A stretch of 64,000 bases of DNA from NCBI RefSeq assembly GCF_028641065.1, contig NC_073380.1, positions 81,158,001 to 81,222,000 on the forward strand, written 5' to 3'. Of the stretch, positions 1-11,289 are shown piece by piece (within the stretch, counting starts at the first letter, position 1; every line of letters starts with the position of its first letter). The stretch is from Leucoraja erinacea (Eukaryota). Both the position numbers and the translations under genes were made by a program. The notes below the pieces were generated by a model that did no database searches, was not told where the DNA came from, and saw only the letters and a program-made list of their open reading frames with translations.

Positions 1-114
1 TTTTAAATTTAAAAATAGTTACCAAACATTTCTAGATGTAACATTATTTCACTCAGTTTCAAGAACAACTGTTGACAAAGTGATTCTACTTATCTTTCTT
101 TTTATGTTTTCTAG

Positions 115-192
115 GTAGATGGAGGCATAATTAATAGTTTAAAGAATGAAGTTATTAATTATAATTTCCAACACTCTTACTTCGATATATTT
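115..192 (+). CDS. STARD3NL: STARD3NL (MENTHO) internal coding exon, VDGGIINSLKNEVINYNFQHSYFDIF
   Basis: Acceptor tttttatgttttctag, donor gtgagt, 78 nt phase 0. Translation matches the recalled human MENTAL-domain segment VNGGIENTLEKEVMQYDYYSSYFDIF. Upstream exons lie outside the window. Confidence 0.93.
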
Positions 193-285
193 GTGAGTAA
201 ATGTTCTCATTTCCCTTGAAGAACTTGCTAAATGCTCCATTCTAAATCTGGTGTGAGTTTTATCTATCTCTCTTTGTTTTTGCAG

Positions 286-363
286 TTACTGGCAGTATTT
301 CGATTCTTTATGCTAATTTTTGCATACGCACTGTGTAGGTTACGCCATTGGTGGGTGATCGCG
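286..363 (+). CDS. STARD3NL: STARD3NL coding exon, LLAVFRFFMLIFAYALCRLRHWWVIA
   Basis: Acceptor tctttgtttttgcag, donor gtgagt, 78 nt; MENTAL motif LLAVFRF...AYA.CRLRHWW.IA. Confidence 0.95.
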
Positions 364-805
364 GTGAGTGACTCTTCTCGGCTGTTATGATAGGAAATTG
401 ACCTATTAAATGTAGCCCAGAAACACGACTCTTTTCAAATCAGGCAAAAATTAGAAAAATATTGTACACATCTGATTTTTAGGTTATGGCACTATCTTGC
501 AGGGAAAAGAATCAAGGTCTTAGTGCTAACTGTCCACATTGACAACTGTCCAAAAGGATATATTCTCTACAATCACTTGAGCAATAAACTTGCCTTTTGC
601 CTGGTTACAAAGGCAAGTCTAATACAAGGTGATTATAGACGTTGTATCCTGACAACTAATAATCAATAACAATGATCTGTTGGATGAGAACATTAGCAAT
701 TTCCTCCAAATGTTGTTTTCCCACTGTATAGACAACAGAGCAGCCTGAACATGTTGGAGACAGCGGGCGTATTAGAAATGGTAAAGCACCAGGTTGTTTT
801 TATAT

Positions 806-3780
806 AAGCTCATAAGGAATAGGAGTAGAATTTGGCTATTTGGCCCATCAAGTCTACTGTGACATTCAATTATGGCTGAGCTATCTCTCCCTCCTCACCC
901 CATTCTCCTTCCTTCTCCCCATAACCTCTGACACCTTTACTAATCAAGAATCTATCTCTGCCTTAAAAATATTCACTGACTTGACTTGGCAAAGAATTCC
1001 ACAGATTCACCACCCTCTGACAAAATAAATTTCTCCTCATCATCCTAAAAGAACGTCCTTTAATTCTGAGGTTATCACCTCTAGTCGCAGTCTCTCCCAC
1101 TGGTGGAAACTCCTCTCCACATCCACTCTATCCAAGCCTTTCACTATTCTGTATGTTTCAATGAGGTCCCCCCTCATTCTTCTGAACTCCAGCGAGTACA
1201 GGCCCAGTGCCGACAAATGCGCATCATTGGTTAACCTACTAATTCCTGGATTATTCTTGTAAACCTCCTCTGGACCCTCTCCAGAACCAGTATATCCCTC
1301 GTCAGATATGGTGCCCAAAATTGCTCACAATATTCCAAAGGCAGCCTTACCAGCGCTTTATAGAGCCTCTGTTTTTCCCTGTTTTTGTATATAAGCCCTC
1401 TTGAAATGAATGCCGTTCGCATTGTGTTTGCTTTCTTTGCTACCGATTCGACTTACAGAGTAACCTTTTGAGAATCCTGCACTAGCACTCCCAAGCCCCT
1501 GTGCACCTCTGATTTCAGGATTCTCACCCCATTTAGAAAATTGTCTACGCCATTGTTCCTACTACCAAAATGCATGACTGCACACTTTGCTTCACAATAC
1601 TCCATCTGCCAATTCTCTGCCCACTCCCAACCTGTCCAAGTCCTTCTGCAGAGTCCCTGCTTTCTCTACACCAACTGCTTCTCCACCTATTTTGATATCA
1701 TCCGCAAACTTGGTCACAAAGTCTTCAATCCCTTCGTCCAAATCATTAATATAAAATGTGAAGAGTAGCGGCCCCAGCACTGACCCTTGCGAACCTCCAC
1801 TAGTCACTGGCAGCCAACCAGAAAAAGCCCCCTTTATTGCCACTCTTTGTCTTCTGTTATCCAGCCAACCTGCTATCCATGCTTGTATCTGCCCTTTGAT
1901 ACTGTGGGCAGCCTAACGTGTGGCACCTTATCTAAGTAAACAACATCTACTGACTCTCCTTTGTCTGAGCTGCTATTTACTTTTTCAAAGAATTCCAGCA
2001 AATATGTCAAGCAAGACTTTCCCTTCACAAAGCCATGCTGACTTTGGGCTATTTTATCGTGAACTTCTCATAACTCCGTAACTTCATCCTTTATAATGGA
2101 CTCTAAAATCTTACCAACCACCAAAGTCAGACTAACTGTCCTAAAGTTCCCACTATTCTGCCTTGCTCACTTTTTGTGCTGCGAGGTAATATTGGCAATT
2201 TTCCAGTCATCTGCGACCCCTCCTGATTCTAGTGATTCCTGGAATATCACTATCAATGCCTCCACAATCTCTAAAGCCACCTCTTTCAGAACCCTAGGGT
2301 GCAGTCCATCCGGCCCCAGTAACCTATCCACCTTCAGCCCTTTCAGCTTCCCAAGCATCCTCTCCCTAGAAATAGCCACCACTAACCACCACTCCCTGCC
2401 TCTCTTGAATTTCAGGCATATTGCTGGTGTCTTCCACTGTGAAGACTGATGCAAAAAAAGTTATTCAACTCCTCTGCCATTACTTTATTCCCCATTATCA
2501 CTTCTCCTGCATCATTCTCCAGCGGTCCAATGGCCACTCTTGCCTCTTTCTTGCTCTTTATATAACTGAAGAAACTCTTGCTATCCTATTTTATATTATT
2601 GGCTAGCTTACATCTGTATTTCTTAATTTCTCCCCTTATTGTCTTTTTAGTTGCCCTCTGTTATTTAAAAGCTTCCCAATCCTCTGGCTTCCCACTAAAC
2701 TTTGCTATGTTATACGCCTTCTCTTTTAGTTTTATTCTGTCTGTGACTTCCCTTGTCAACCACGGTTTCCTCTTTCTCCCCCTAAACTCTTTCTTCCTCT
2801 TTGGAATGAAAAGATCCTGCATCTTCCGGATTATTCCCAGAAATCCATGGAGTACATGGTAAATGGTAGGGAATTGAAGAATGTAGGTGAACAGAGGGAT
2901 CTGGGAATAACTGTGCACAGTTCCCTGAAAGTGGAATCTCATGTAGATAGGGTGGTAAAGAAAGCTTTTGGTGTGCTGGCCTTTATAAATCAGAGCATTG
3001 AATACAGAAGTTGGGATGTAATGTTAAAATTGTACAAGACATTGGTGAGGCCAATTCTGGAGTATGGTGTACAATTTTGGTCGCCTAATTATAGGAAGGA
3101 TGTCAACAAAGTAGAGAGAGTACAGAGGAGATTTACTAGAATGTTGCCTGGGTTTCAGCAACTAAGTTACAGAGAAAGGTTGAACAAGTTAGGGCTTTAT
3201 TCTTTGGAGCGCAGAAGGTTAAGGGGGGACTTGATAGAGGTTTTTAAAATGATGAGAGGGATAGACAGAGTTGACGTGGAAAAGCTTTTCCCACTGAGAG
3301 TAGGGAAGATTCAAACAAGGGGACATGACATGAGAATTAAGGGACTGAAGTTTAGGGGTAACATGAGGGGGAACTTCTTTACTCAGAGAGTGGTGGCTGT
3401 GTGGAATGAGCTTCCAGTGAAGGTGGTGGAGGCAGGTTCGTTTTTATCATTTAAAAATAAATTGGATAGTTATATGGATGGGAAGGGAATGGAGGGTTAT
3501 GGTCTGAGCGCAGGTATATGGGACTAGGGGAGATTATGTGTTCGGCACGGACTAGAAGGGTCGAGATGGCCTGTTTCCGTGCTGTAATTGTTATATTATT
3601 ATATGGTTATAAATCCGTGCCATTGCTGTTCCACTGTCATCCCTGCTAGGGTCCTTTTCCAGTCAACTATGGCCAGCTCCTCCCTCATGCCTCTGTAGTC
3701 CCCTTTTGGCCAGCTGCGATACTGACACATCCAATATCGCCTTCTCCCCTTCAAATTGCAGATTAAAACTTATCACATTG
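806..3780 (-). mobile_element. Decayed CR1 LINE in a STARD3NL intron, interrupted by a younger CR1
   Basis: Frameshifted RT fragments (ORFs 1040-1318, 1231-1422, 1592-1843 with FADD, 2167-2454, 2661-2942); the element resumes after 3611. Confidence 0.9.
2847..3610 (+). mobile_element. 5'-truncated young CR1 nested in the older CR1
   Basis: 226-aa ORF2 C-terminus, (ttatatgg)-like tail, flanking AAATCC duplication at 2841-2846 and 3611-3616. Confidence 0.9.
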
Positions 3781-3924
3781 TGGTAGCTTACTCTTTATGG
3801 TTTATTTTCCTTGAGTTCCCTTTTCACTGTAAATATGCCTTCATTCAAATAACATTTGCGATTAGGTGTAAAAGTTTTCATAGCCCGAACTCTGCTGTAA
3901 CAGAGAATGCTTCTTCTGTTCCAG

Positions 3925-3978
3925 GTTACAACTGCTGTTACCAGTGCCTTTCTAATTGCAAAGGTCATCATTTCCAAG
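3925..3978 (+). CDS. STARD3NL: STARD3NL coding exon, VTTAVTSAFLIAKVIISK
   Basis: Acceptor ttcttctgttccag, donor gtatga, 54 nt; matches recalled human LTTAVTSAFLLAKVILSK. Confidence 0.95.
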
Positions 3979-4080
3979 GTATGAAGTAATCATTGAAACT
4001 TGCGTTCTGTCCAAAAGATTTATGCTGAGATATACCTGCAGCTAATTTCTTTGACCTAAACATGTCTGATTTCACTTTAG

Positions 4081-4201
4081 CTCTTGATGGAAGGTACAGC
4101 CTTTGCCTATTTGCTGCCAATAATCTCCTTCATACTGGCCTGGATCGAGACGTGGTTTCTGGATTTTAAAGTTTTGCCACAAGAGGCAAAGGATGAAAAC
4201 A
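4081..4201 (+). CDS. STARD3NL: STARD3NL coding exon, LLMEGTAFAYLLPIISFILAWIETWFLDFKVLPQEAKDEN
   Basis: Acceptor ttcactttag, donor gttagt, 121 nt ending phase 1; conserved LPIISFILAWIETWFLDFKVLPQEA. Confidence 0.95.
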
Positions 4202-4569
4202 GTTAGTAAAGTTACTCTATTTACTTTTAAATTTACTATCCCTCAGTACACTGGGTAGAGCAGATGATATACAAAGTCCTGATAAAAGATGAATCATGAG
4301 TATTGAAGTCTACACTTTTCAATGTTGCCTGTCTGGTCTTTTGATTTATCTACAACCTATATTCAACTTACAGTACCATCTTTTGAATGAGAAACAAATT
4401 CAAACCAGAACCAGTTGGTGTGGCAGCTGCTGAAGATGGGCTCACTGGTGCAGACCAGCAGTATTGGTGCTAGTTTTAAGATAAAACGACACAAAGTACT
4501 AGACTACCTCAGTGGGTCAGGCTGACCTGCTGAGTTACTGGAGCACTTTGCGTCGTTTTGTGTTATAAC

Positions 4570-7340
4570 CAAGAGGCTGCTAAACAAGATGAGAGCCCAT
4601 GGTATTAGAGGGAAGATACCAGCATGGCTAGAAGATTGGCTTAATGGCGGAAGGCAAAGAGTGGGAATAAAGGTGGCTTTTTCTGGTGGGCTGCCAGTGG
4701 ATAGTGACGTTCTGCAGGGGTTGGTGTGTGTCCACTGCTTTTCACGTTTTATGTTAATGATTTGAATGATGGAATTGATGACTTTGTGGCCAAGTCTGCA
4801 GATGATACGAAGATATGTGGAGTGGCAGGTAGTGTAGGGGAAGCAGTGAGTCTGCAAGAGGACTTGGGCAAGTTGGGAAAGTGGGCAAAGTGGCAGATAG
4901 ACTGCAGTACAGCAAAATGTGCAGTTATGCACTTTGGTTTTAGGAATACAAGTGTGGACTACTTTCTAAATGGGGCGAGAATTCAGAAATCAGAGGCGCA
5001 AAGGGACTTGGGAGTGCTGGTGCAGGATTCCCAAAACATTTACAGTTTGAATCTGTAGTGAAGAAGACAAATCCAATGTTACCATTCATTTTGAGAGGAC
5101 TAGAACACAAATGCAGGGAGGTAATGCTGAGGTTTTATAAGGCACTACATTAGGTCAGACTACATTTGGAGTATAGGTTGAACACCGAATTTTCCGACAC
5201 CCTCGGTTCCAAAGCCTTTCTGGATTATCTGTTTTTCTGGACTAACAGGGGTCATGTGACAATGAATCGACAATACACATCTGGCTTGCTAATGACTGTC
5301 CTCCTGTGTTTCTAAAGCATCATGGTGTGCCAGAAACTTAAAATAAAACAAATATAAAATGTAAACTGAATGTCAATGGAAGTACCTGCCAACCTATCCC
5401 AACTCGCACCGTCTACATGGCCGTTTAAAGTCTCTGATACCACTCCTAACTCGCACTAGCGAGCCCTTCTTCACCCACCGAAAGGATACAAAGTGCTGGA
5501 GTAATTCAGCAGGTCATAATCTCTGGAGAACATGAATAGACAACATCGGGACCCTTCCTCAGACTGATTCAGTCGGCTGCGTTACTCCAGCACTTTGTGT
5601 TTCATTATGCTCCATCGGTCACCATGGGGCTCCCTCCCCTCTCACCTGTTGTCGTTTCTAAGGTGGAGTATATCGGTGACTCTGGGGGAGAAGGATGAGG
5701 GGGGGAGGGGTTAGGCCACACCTACCGACCTTTAGGTAGCCACTTTCTTCTCCACCCCCCCGCCCCCTCCCCTCCACCACCACTGCCAACTCATCCTCCC
5801 CAGGAGTCGCAGATATACTCCACCTTGGAAGCAACAGCGGGTGAGAGGAAATTCAGATTCAGGCTCATCCTCCCCAGGAGAGGGAGCCTCACGGTGACTG
5901 AGGGGGCACACTGAAACACAAAGTGCTGGAGTAATTCATCCGACTGAATGAATCTGAGGAAGGGTCCTGATGTCACCTATCTATGTTCTCTAGCGATCCT
6001 GACCCGCTGAATTACTCCAGCACTTTGTGTCCTCTCGGTAGGTGAAGAAAGGGTCGCTAATGCACCTTGCTAGGCTGGAGTGGCATCAGAGGCCGAGGCT
6101 CTAAATGGGCGGCGAGACATTGTGAGCTAAGCATGGGTCGGCTGGTCCATCCACTACATTCAACATTTGTTAGAAGGGGGCTTAGGAGAGAAGATTGAGA
6201 GCATTCTTTGGTAGACAAAAGTGCTAGAGAAACTCGGCGGGTGCGGCAGCATTTATGGAGCGAAGGTAATAGGCAACGTTTCGGGCCGAAACCTTTCTTC
6301 AGACTGGGTTTCTTCAAACTTGCCTCAGGCTGAAGAAGGGTTTCGGCCCGAAACGTTGCCTATTTCCTTCGCTCCATAGATGCTGCCGCACCCGCTGAGT
6401 TTCTCCAGCACTTTTGTCTACGTTCGATTTTCCAGCATCTGCAGTTCCTTCTTGAACATAGTTGAACATAGTTGAACATGGGGGATGTTTGTGTTGAACT
6501 CTATAATGTGTTGTGTCCATTTTCTTAATTTTTTTTTAACCTTTTTCTCTGGTTTGTATGGAAACTTATTATCTATTTTATGTAAAGCACTTTGGTGTCA
6601 ATGCGAGTTGACTTAAAACATGCTATATAAATAAAACGTACTTACTTACTTACTAGTTAATTCTTTCACGATGTAGGGACATGACCGGAAAGAGGGTTCC
6701 CCACTCGCAATGCCATCTGGACGCTCAGGGAATTTCAGCTGAGCTCTCATAATTGTGTCCGGGCTATGGGTGTGGGCGGACCATCAGTTGCTGGAAAATA
6801 GGTGTTCAACCTTGATTGTGAGCAGTTTTTGGCCCCATACCTCAGGAGAGATGTGCTGGATTGGAGGGGGCCCAGAGGAGGTTTACGAGAATGTTCCCGG
6901 GGATGATTGGATTAACATATGATGAGCATTTGATGTCTCTGGGCCTGTTCTCACTGATGTTTAGAAGGATGAGGGAGTAGATCTCATTGAAACTTACCAA
7001 ACACTGAAAGACCTAGATCGAGTGGATGTGGAGAGGATGTTTCCACCAGTGGGAGAGTCCAGGACTAGAGGGCAAAACATCAGAATGAAAGAATGTGCCT
7101 TGAGAGGAAAGGAGGAGGAATTACTTAAGGCAGCAGATGGTGAATCTGTGGAATTCATTGTTGTGGAGGCTGTCTTTGAGTAGTTTTAAAGGGGAGATTG
7201 ACATGTTCTTGATTAGTAAAAGGTATCAAAGGTTACAGGAACATGGCAGTAGAGAGGGAAAGAAAGATCAGCCATGCTTGAATGGCGGTGTAGACTCAAT
7301 GGGCCGAGTGGCCTAATTCTCCTATGAACTTATGAACTAG
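4570..7340 (+). mobile_element. Decayed CR1 split by a DNA-transposon insertion
   Basis: RT fragment ORF 4726-5058; the CR1 motif TTGGAGTA|TTGTGAGCAG is split between 5173 and 6816; 3' tail near 7320-7340. Confidence 0.8.
5174..6813. mobile_element. Non-autonomous pogo/Tigger-like element with TIRs
   Basis: AGGTTGAACACC..ATTTTCC at 5175 and its reverse complement at 6793-6812; inserted at a TA; family assignment is by resemblance only. Confidence 0.65.
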
Positions 7341-7369
7341 AAACTGCAGTTTTTTGTTTCTATCTAGTT

Positions 7370-7720
7370 TTACAGAGTTGATGTAGACAAGCTTTTCCCT
7401 TTGAGAATAGGGAAGATTCAAACAAGAGGACATGACTTCTGAATTAAGGGACAGAAGTTTAGGGGTAATATGAGGGGGAACTTCTTTACTCAGAGAATGG
7501 TAGCGGTGTGGAATGAGCTTCCAGTGGAAGTGGTGGAGGCAGGTTCATTGGTATCATTTAAAAATAAATTGGATAGGCATATGGATGAGAAGGGAATGGA
7601 GGGTTATGGTATGAGTGCAGGCAGGTGGGACTAAGGGGAAAAAAAAGTAGTTCGGCACGGACTTGTAGGGCCGAGATGGCCTGTTTCCGTGCTGTAATTG
7701 TTATATGGTTATATGGTTAA
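7370..7720 (+). mobile_element. CR1 3' fragment
   Basis: Closely similar to 3265-3610, ttatatgg tail. Confidence 0.85.
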
Positions 7721-7865
7721 AGTGATTCTGTCTTGCATAAAATCTGACTTGCGTAAGGATTTACAGAACATAACCCTTACTAAGGACAGGGAGTGTGTAT
7801 AGTTTCTATGTAATGTAATAATTCAGCTAGTGTCTTTCATCTCAATGTTACCCTTTTTATTCCAG

Positions 7866-7964
7866 GTATCTTTACCATATCTGACTTTTCAGAACAAGCA
7901 CCTCTTATTCTACCTGGCCCTATCTCAGATGGCCAGTTTTATTCTCCTCCTGAATCTATTGTGG
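7866..7964 (+). CDS. STARD3NL: STARD3NL coding exon with FFAT-like motif, SIFTISDFSEQAPLILPGPISDGQFYSPPESIV
   Basis: Acceptor ccctttttattccag, donor gtgagt, 99 nt phase 1-1; contains DGQFYSPPES, the VAP-binding FFAT-like motif of STARD3/STARD3NL. Confidence 0.93.
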
Positions 7965-10900
7965 GTGAGTATTGCTGAAGAATGCTGGAAATTGTATCCT
8001 CATCTCTAACTGTTTAGTTTTGTTGAGCTAATAACAGCTTTTCATGGGAAATGTTGGCCATTAATTTCCCGTAGCTTATGTTTATTGTGCGACAATAACA
8101 AGAAGAATATGGAGGATTTGATTAATTCATTTTGAAATATACATTTGTGTGCCTACATGAATTGACAACATGGAGCAAAAGGCCCATGAGCTGTTGATCC
8201 AAGCCAGTTATTGCTGCAACTACACACGTGGAACAACCAGGAACATTCAGCAGAAATGTAGTAGCAATGCCCTTTACCCCCTGTGCCTTTCTCATTGCTA
8301 GTGGTCCCCACGGTGTCTCAATGCCGAAATAAAGTTCACTGCTAAGAAATTACAACGCCACTCCAATTATCTGACAACATTTCACACCTCTTTACTGTAC
8401 AGGTTTTTCTCTCTTTGTTGCATGATATGATACAGAATGTCTCAAACTATGTACCTTTCACTCCTAACATGTTTTATGGTTTTCATCTCCGTATAAAACA
8501 CTTGCAATCTAATTATCTCCTGGAACCTATTTCCTTGCTTAGTTTACATCATTTGTTATGGCAGAACATGTCCAAGAAGTGACCAGTGAAACATTTTTAC
8601 TCTTTCTTAATTCTAAAGAGTGTACGTTTTAATATAACCAACAGATTATTGCTTTAATGATTCTTGCTGCCGGTATTTTTTATTTATTTATTTATTTTTT
8701 ATTTATTCCGAACAAGTAAAGACATTAAAGACATTAATAGTAACAAAATCGAAATTATCAAACAATTGGACATTACAATCAATATTTACAAGCAATGAAA
8801 AGAACAAAAAGCAAATTTCCAATGTCCAACTCTGTGTCTGTACAAGATCGAAAAGGAGTGAGAAGAAGAATAACTTATTAAATCGCACCCCTTTTCCCCA
8901 ACACTTCTACCATATTTAAAAATCAATTAATTAATAATAATAATACTACCCCAGGCAATTTCCCATAATACCTACAGACATATATATACATACAACTATT
9001 ATACACATACAAACTTCATATGACATCCAACTGGCGCTATTGGGCCTATTCTGTTTGACACCCACGCAGTATCGCTGTCATCTGTAAAAGTTACGATAAC
9101 CTGACTCTTATCTGGCACCACCAATCGTCTCCTAAGATTCCTGATGACAGCACATCTCTGTATTTGCACAAGCAGTTTCTGGATTTCTTGCTTTTCCCTT
9201 CACCCAGATTTCCATCCACTTGCCTGTCTGTCTGCCACTTACCCCTTCCCAAGGACTTAATTATTATCCCATTATCACTTCCCTGGCTTGCCCATTCATG
9301 GGAACGGGATATTTCCCTGCGTTAAGGACAAGGTTGGAACATTCTAACATTTTTTGGGGTTAGAAATATGATCACTCCTCAACATTCTTGAAATCTAAGC
9401 AGGGTGGTAATGTTGGAAGTTGAATATTTTGGCGTTTGCTCTAGTGTAGCTATCAGATCTCTATCTGTGATGAGAGCGTATGCACAGTCAATAAGCAATA
9501 GCCTCCTTATACAAAACATTATACACAAATATTCAGCTATTTTTTTGATCATTATTTATTTTTTGCAATAATAGGAATTTATTATTTCTAATCAATAATA
9601 GGAATCTATTATTTCCCTAAGTAACCAAGGAATTTCGAGAAATAGTGTTCATCCCTATAACTGTAATCCTTAAACAGTGTTTAAAATTTATTTTGTAAGC
9701 ATTTGTTGAATCAATCAAACATATCAGCTAAAATCGGCACTTTTGCTTTCTGGTGGTGAGTTTTTCGTATAAATCCCGTTCTTGTCACCTCAAGGAAAAC
9801 TGATGGTGATTCTCAGAAGTGTCATTGTAGAATTATAAATATGTGCTGAGAAATGAATGGACCTTCAGCATATTCAAGCGGATGTCTGTCAGATATTTGG
9901 CCAATCACCTTCCCACTTTAGACTGCAGTGTTAAGGTGCACAGTTTAATGCTGTCTGAAGGGTGAATTTGAACTAGCATTTGACTCTTCGTTGAATTTGA
10001 CTTTGTATTTTTCCACTGATATCCTGATTTTTTTTTTTGCATTTTTTTACTTCCACTGTCTTGCACAATTTGTGTATGGTATGTTTTGTGTGCTGTCTGC
10101 GTCTATGTTTATGTAATGCTGCTGCAAGCAACATTTTCATTGTACCTCTACCTCATTGCCCTTGTGCATGGCACAAAAACAAAACTTGACTGCCCTTGAA
10201 TTTGAGATGTGCTGCAATTAGATAGGTCTGATAACCACATCCCCTGACTTGCAAATATTTTGTGCAGAAATTGGTTGAAACTTCTATTGATACTGATCCT
10301 CTGATACAGGGCCTTGTTTCCCTAATGAGCCAATGTCTGCATTTGTGGTTAAACCACAGCAGTCTTTCCTATGTGTTAGGACTCTTGCCTCTGCTGCCGA
10401 CGCTGAGGTTTCATTTTACAGGTGCTGAGTACAAGGGAATGTAACTGTTTTTACACACAACAGCCACTTCACCAAGCTTGGGTCCAACATATTAACATTT
10501 AACTTTTTTTCTCTGCCTATTCCTCTTCTGTTTGCTTCTTTCCCAATTTGTATGTTCCTACTGCTTTTGTGCCTGCTGTCAATGCGGCCCTCGCGCCTTC
10601 CTTCCTTCCTGCCCACCGCAGCATTACAAATTTGATCAGTAAAGATACAACTTTTCAATATCCGGCATGAATGTAAAAGGGGATGGGGTGGGCAGGAGGT
10701 CACCTGTTTTGGTCTCTGCTACAGAAAAGATGTTAATGCAACATAGGATACACCATTGATTCTCTAGATTGCTGTCTCCTGTGAAGAAATGTAAGAAAAC
10801 ATATTTTTGAGCATATTTTCATTGGCAACATAGTCATAGTCATAAAATGATACAGCACAGAATGTTGATGAAAAGTAGATTTATGTTGTGCCTATGAACT

Positions 10901-11248
10901 TTGCATACAACAGGAAAATAGAAAGCTGAACTGATAAGTTGGAGAGATGACCTATTTCCACTAAAGCAGCTGGCAAAATGACATTTAGTTATTTAAAGAA
11001 TCCTGGAATAAAAAGATAGCAGGGGTACTGATGGCCTTGAGATTATTTGATTGTTTTAAACATATTTGTCTTTAGGAAAGGAAACCTGGTGCTTTTGGCC
11101 AATCTGTGACTCCAGACTCAGTTATATGACTGCTGTCCGGGACCAAAGGCAGTTTTTGCTGGCATGAATACAAATTGCCAAACAACCATTTTTAAGCCAC
11201 AGATTTCTATGATCTGGAAACTGATGTTAATCTGTTCTTAATTTGTAG

Positions 11249-11289
11249 ATTCTGAAGAAGAAGATGATTCTGAGTATCCAGTGCATTAG
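11249..11289 (+). CDS. STARD3NL: STARD3NL last coding exon, DSEEEDDSEYPVH*
   Basis: Acceptor ttcttaatttgtag in the required phase 1; acidic tail then TAG at 11287-11289. No START domain follows, which favours STARD3NL over STARD3. Confidence 0.8.
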
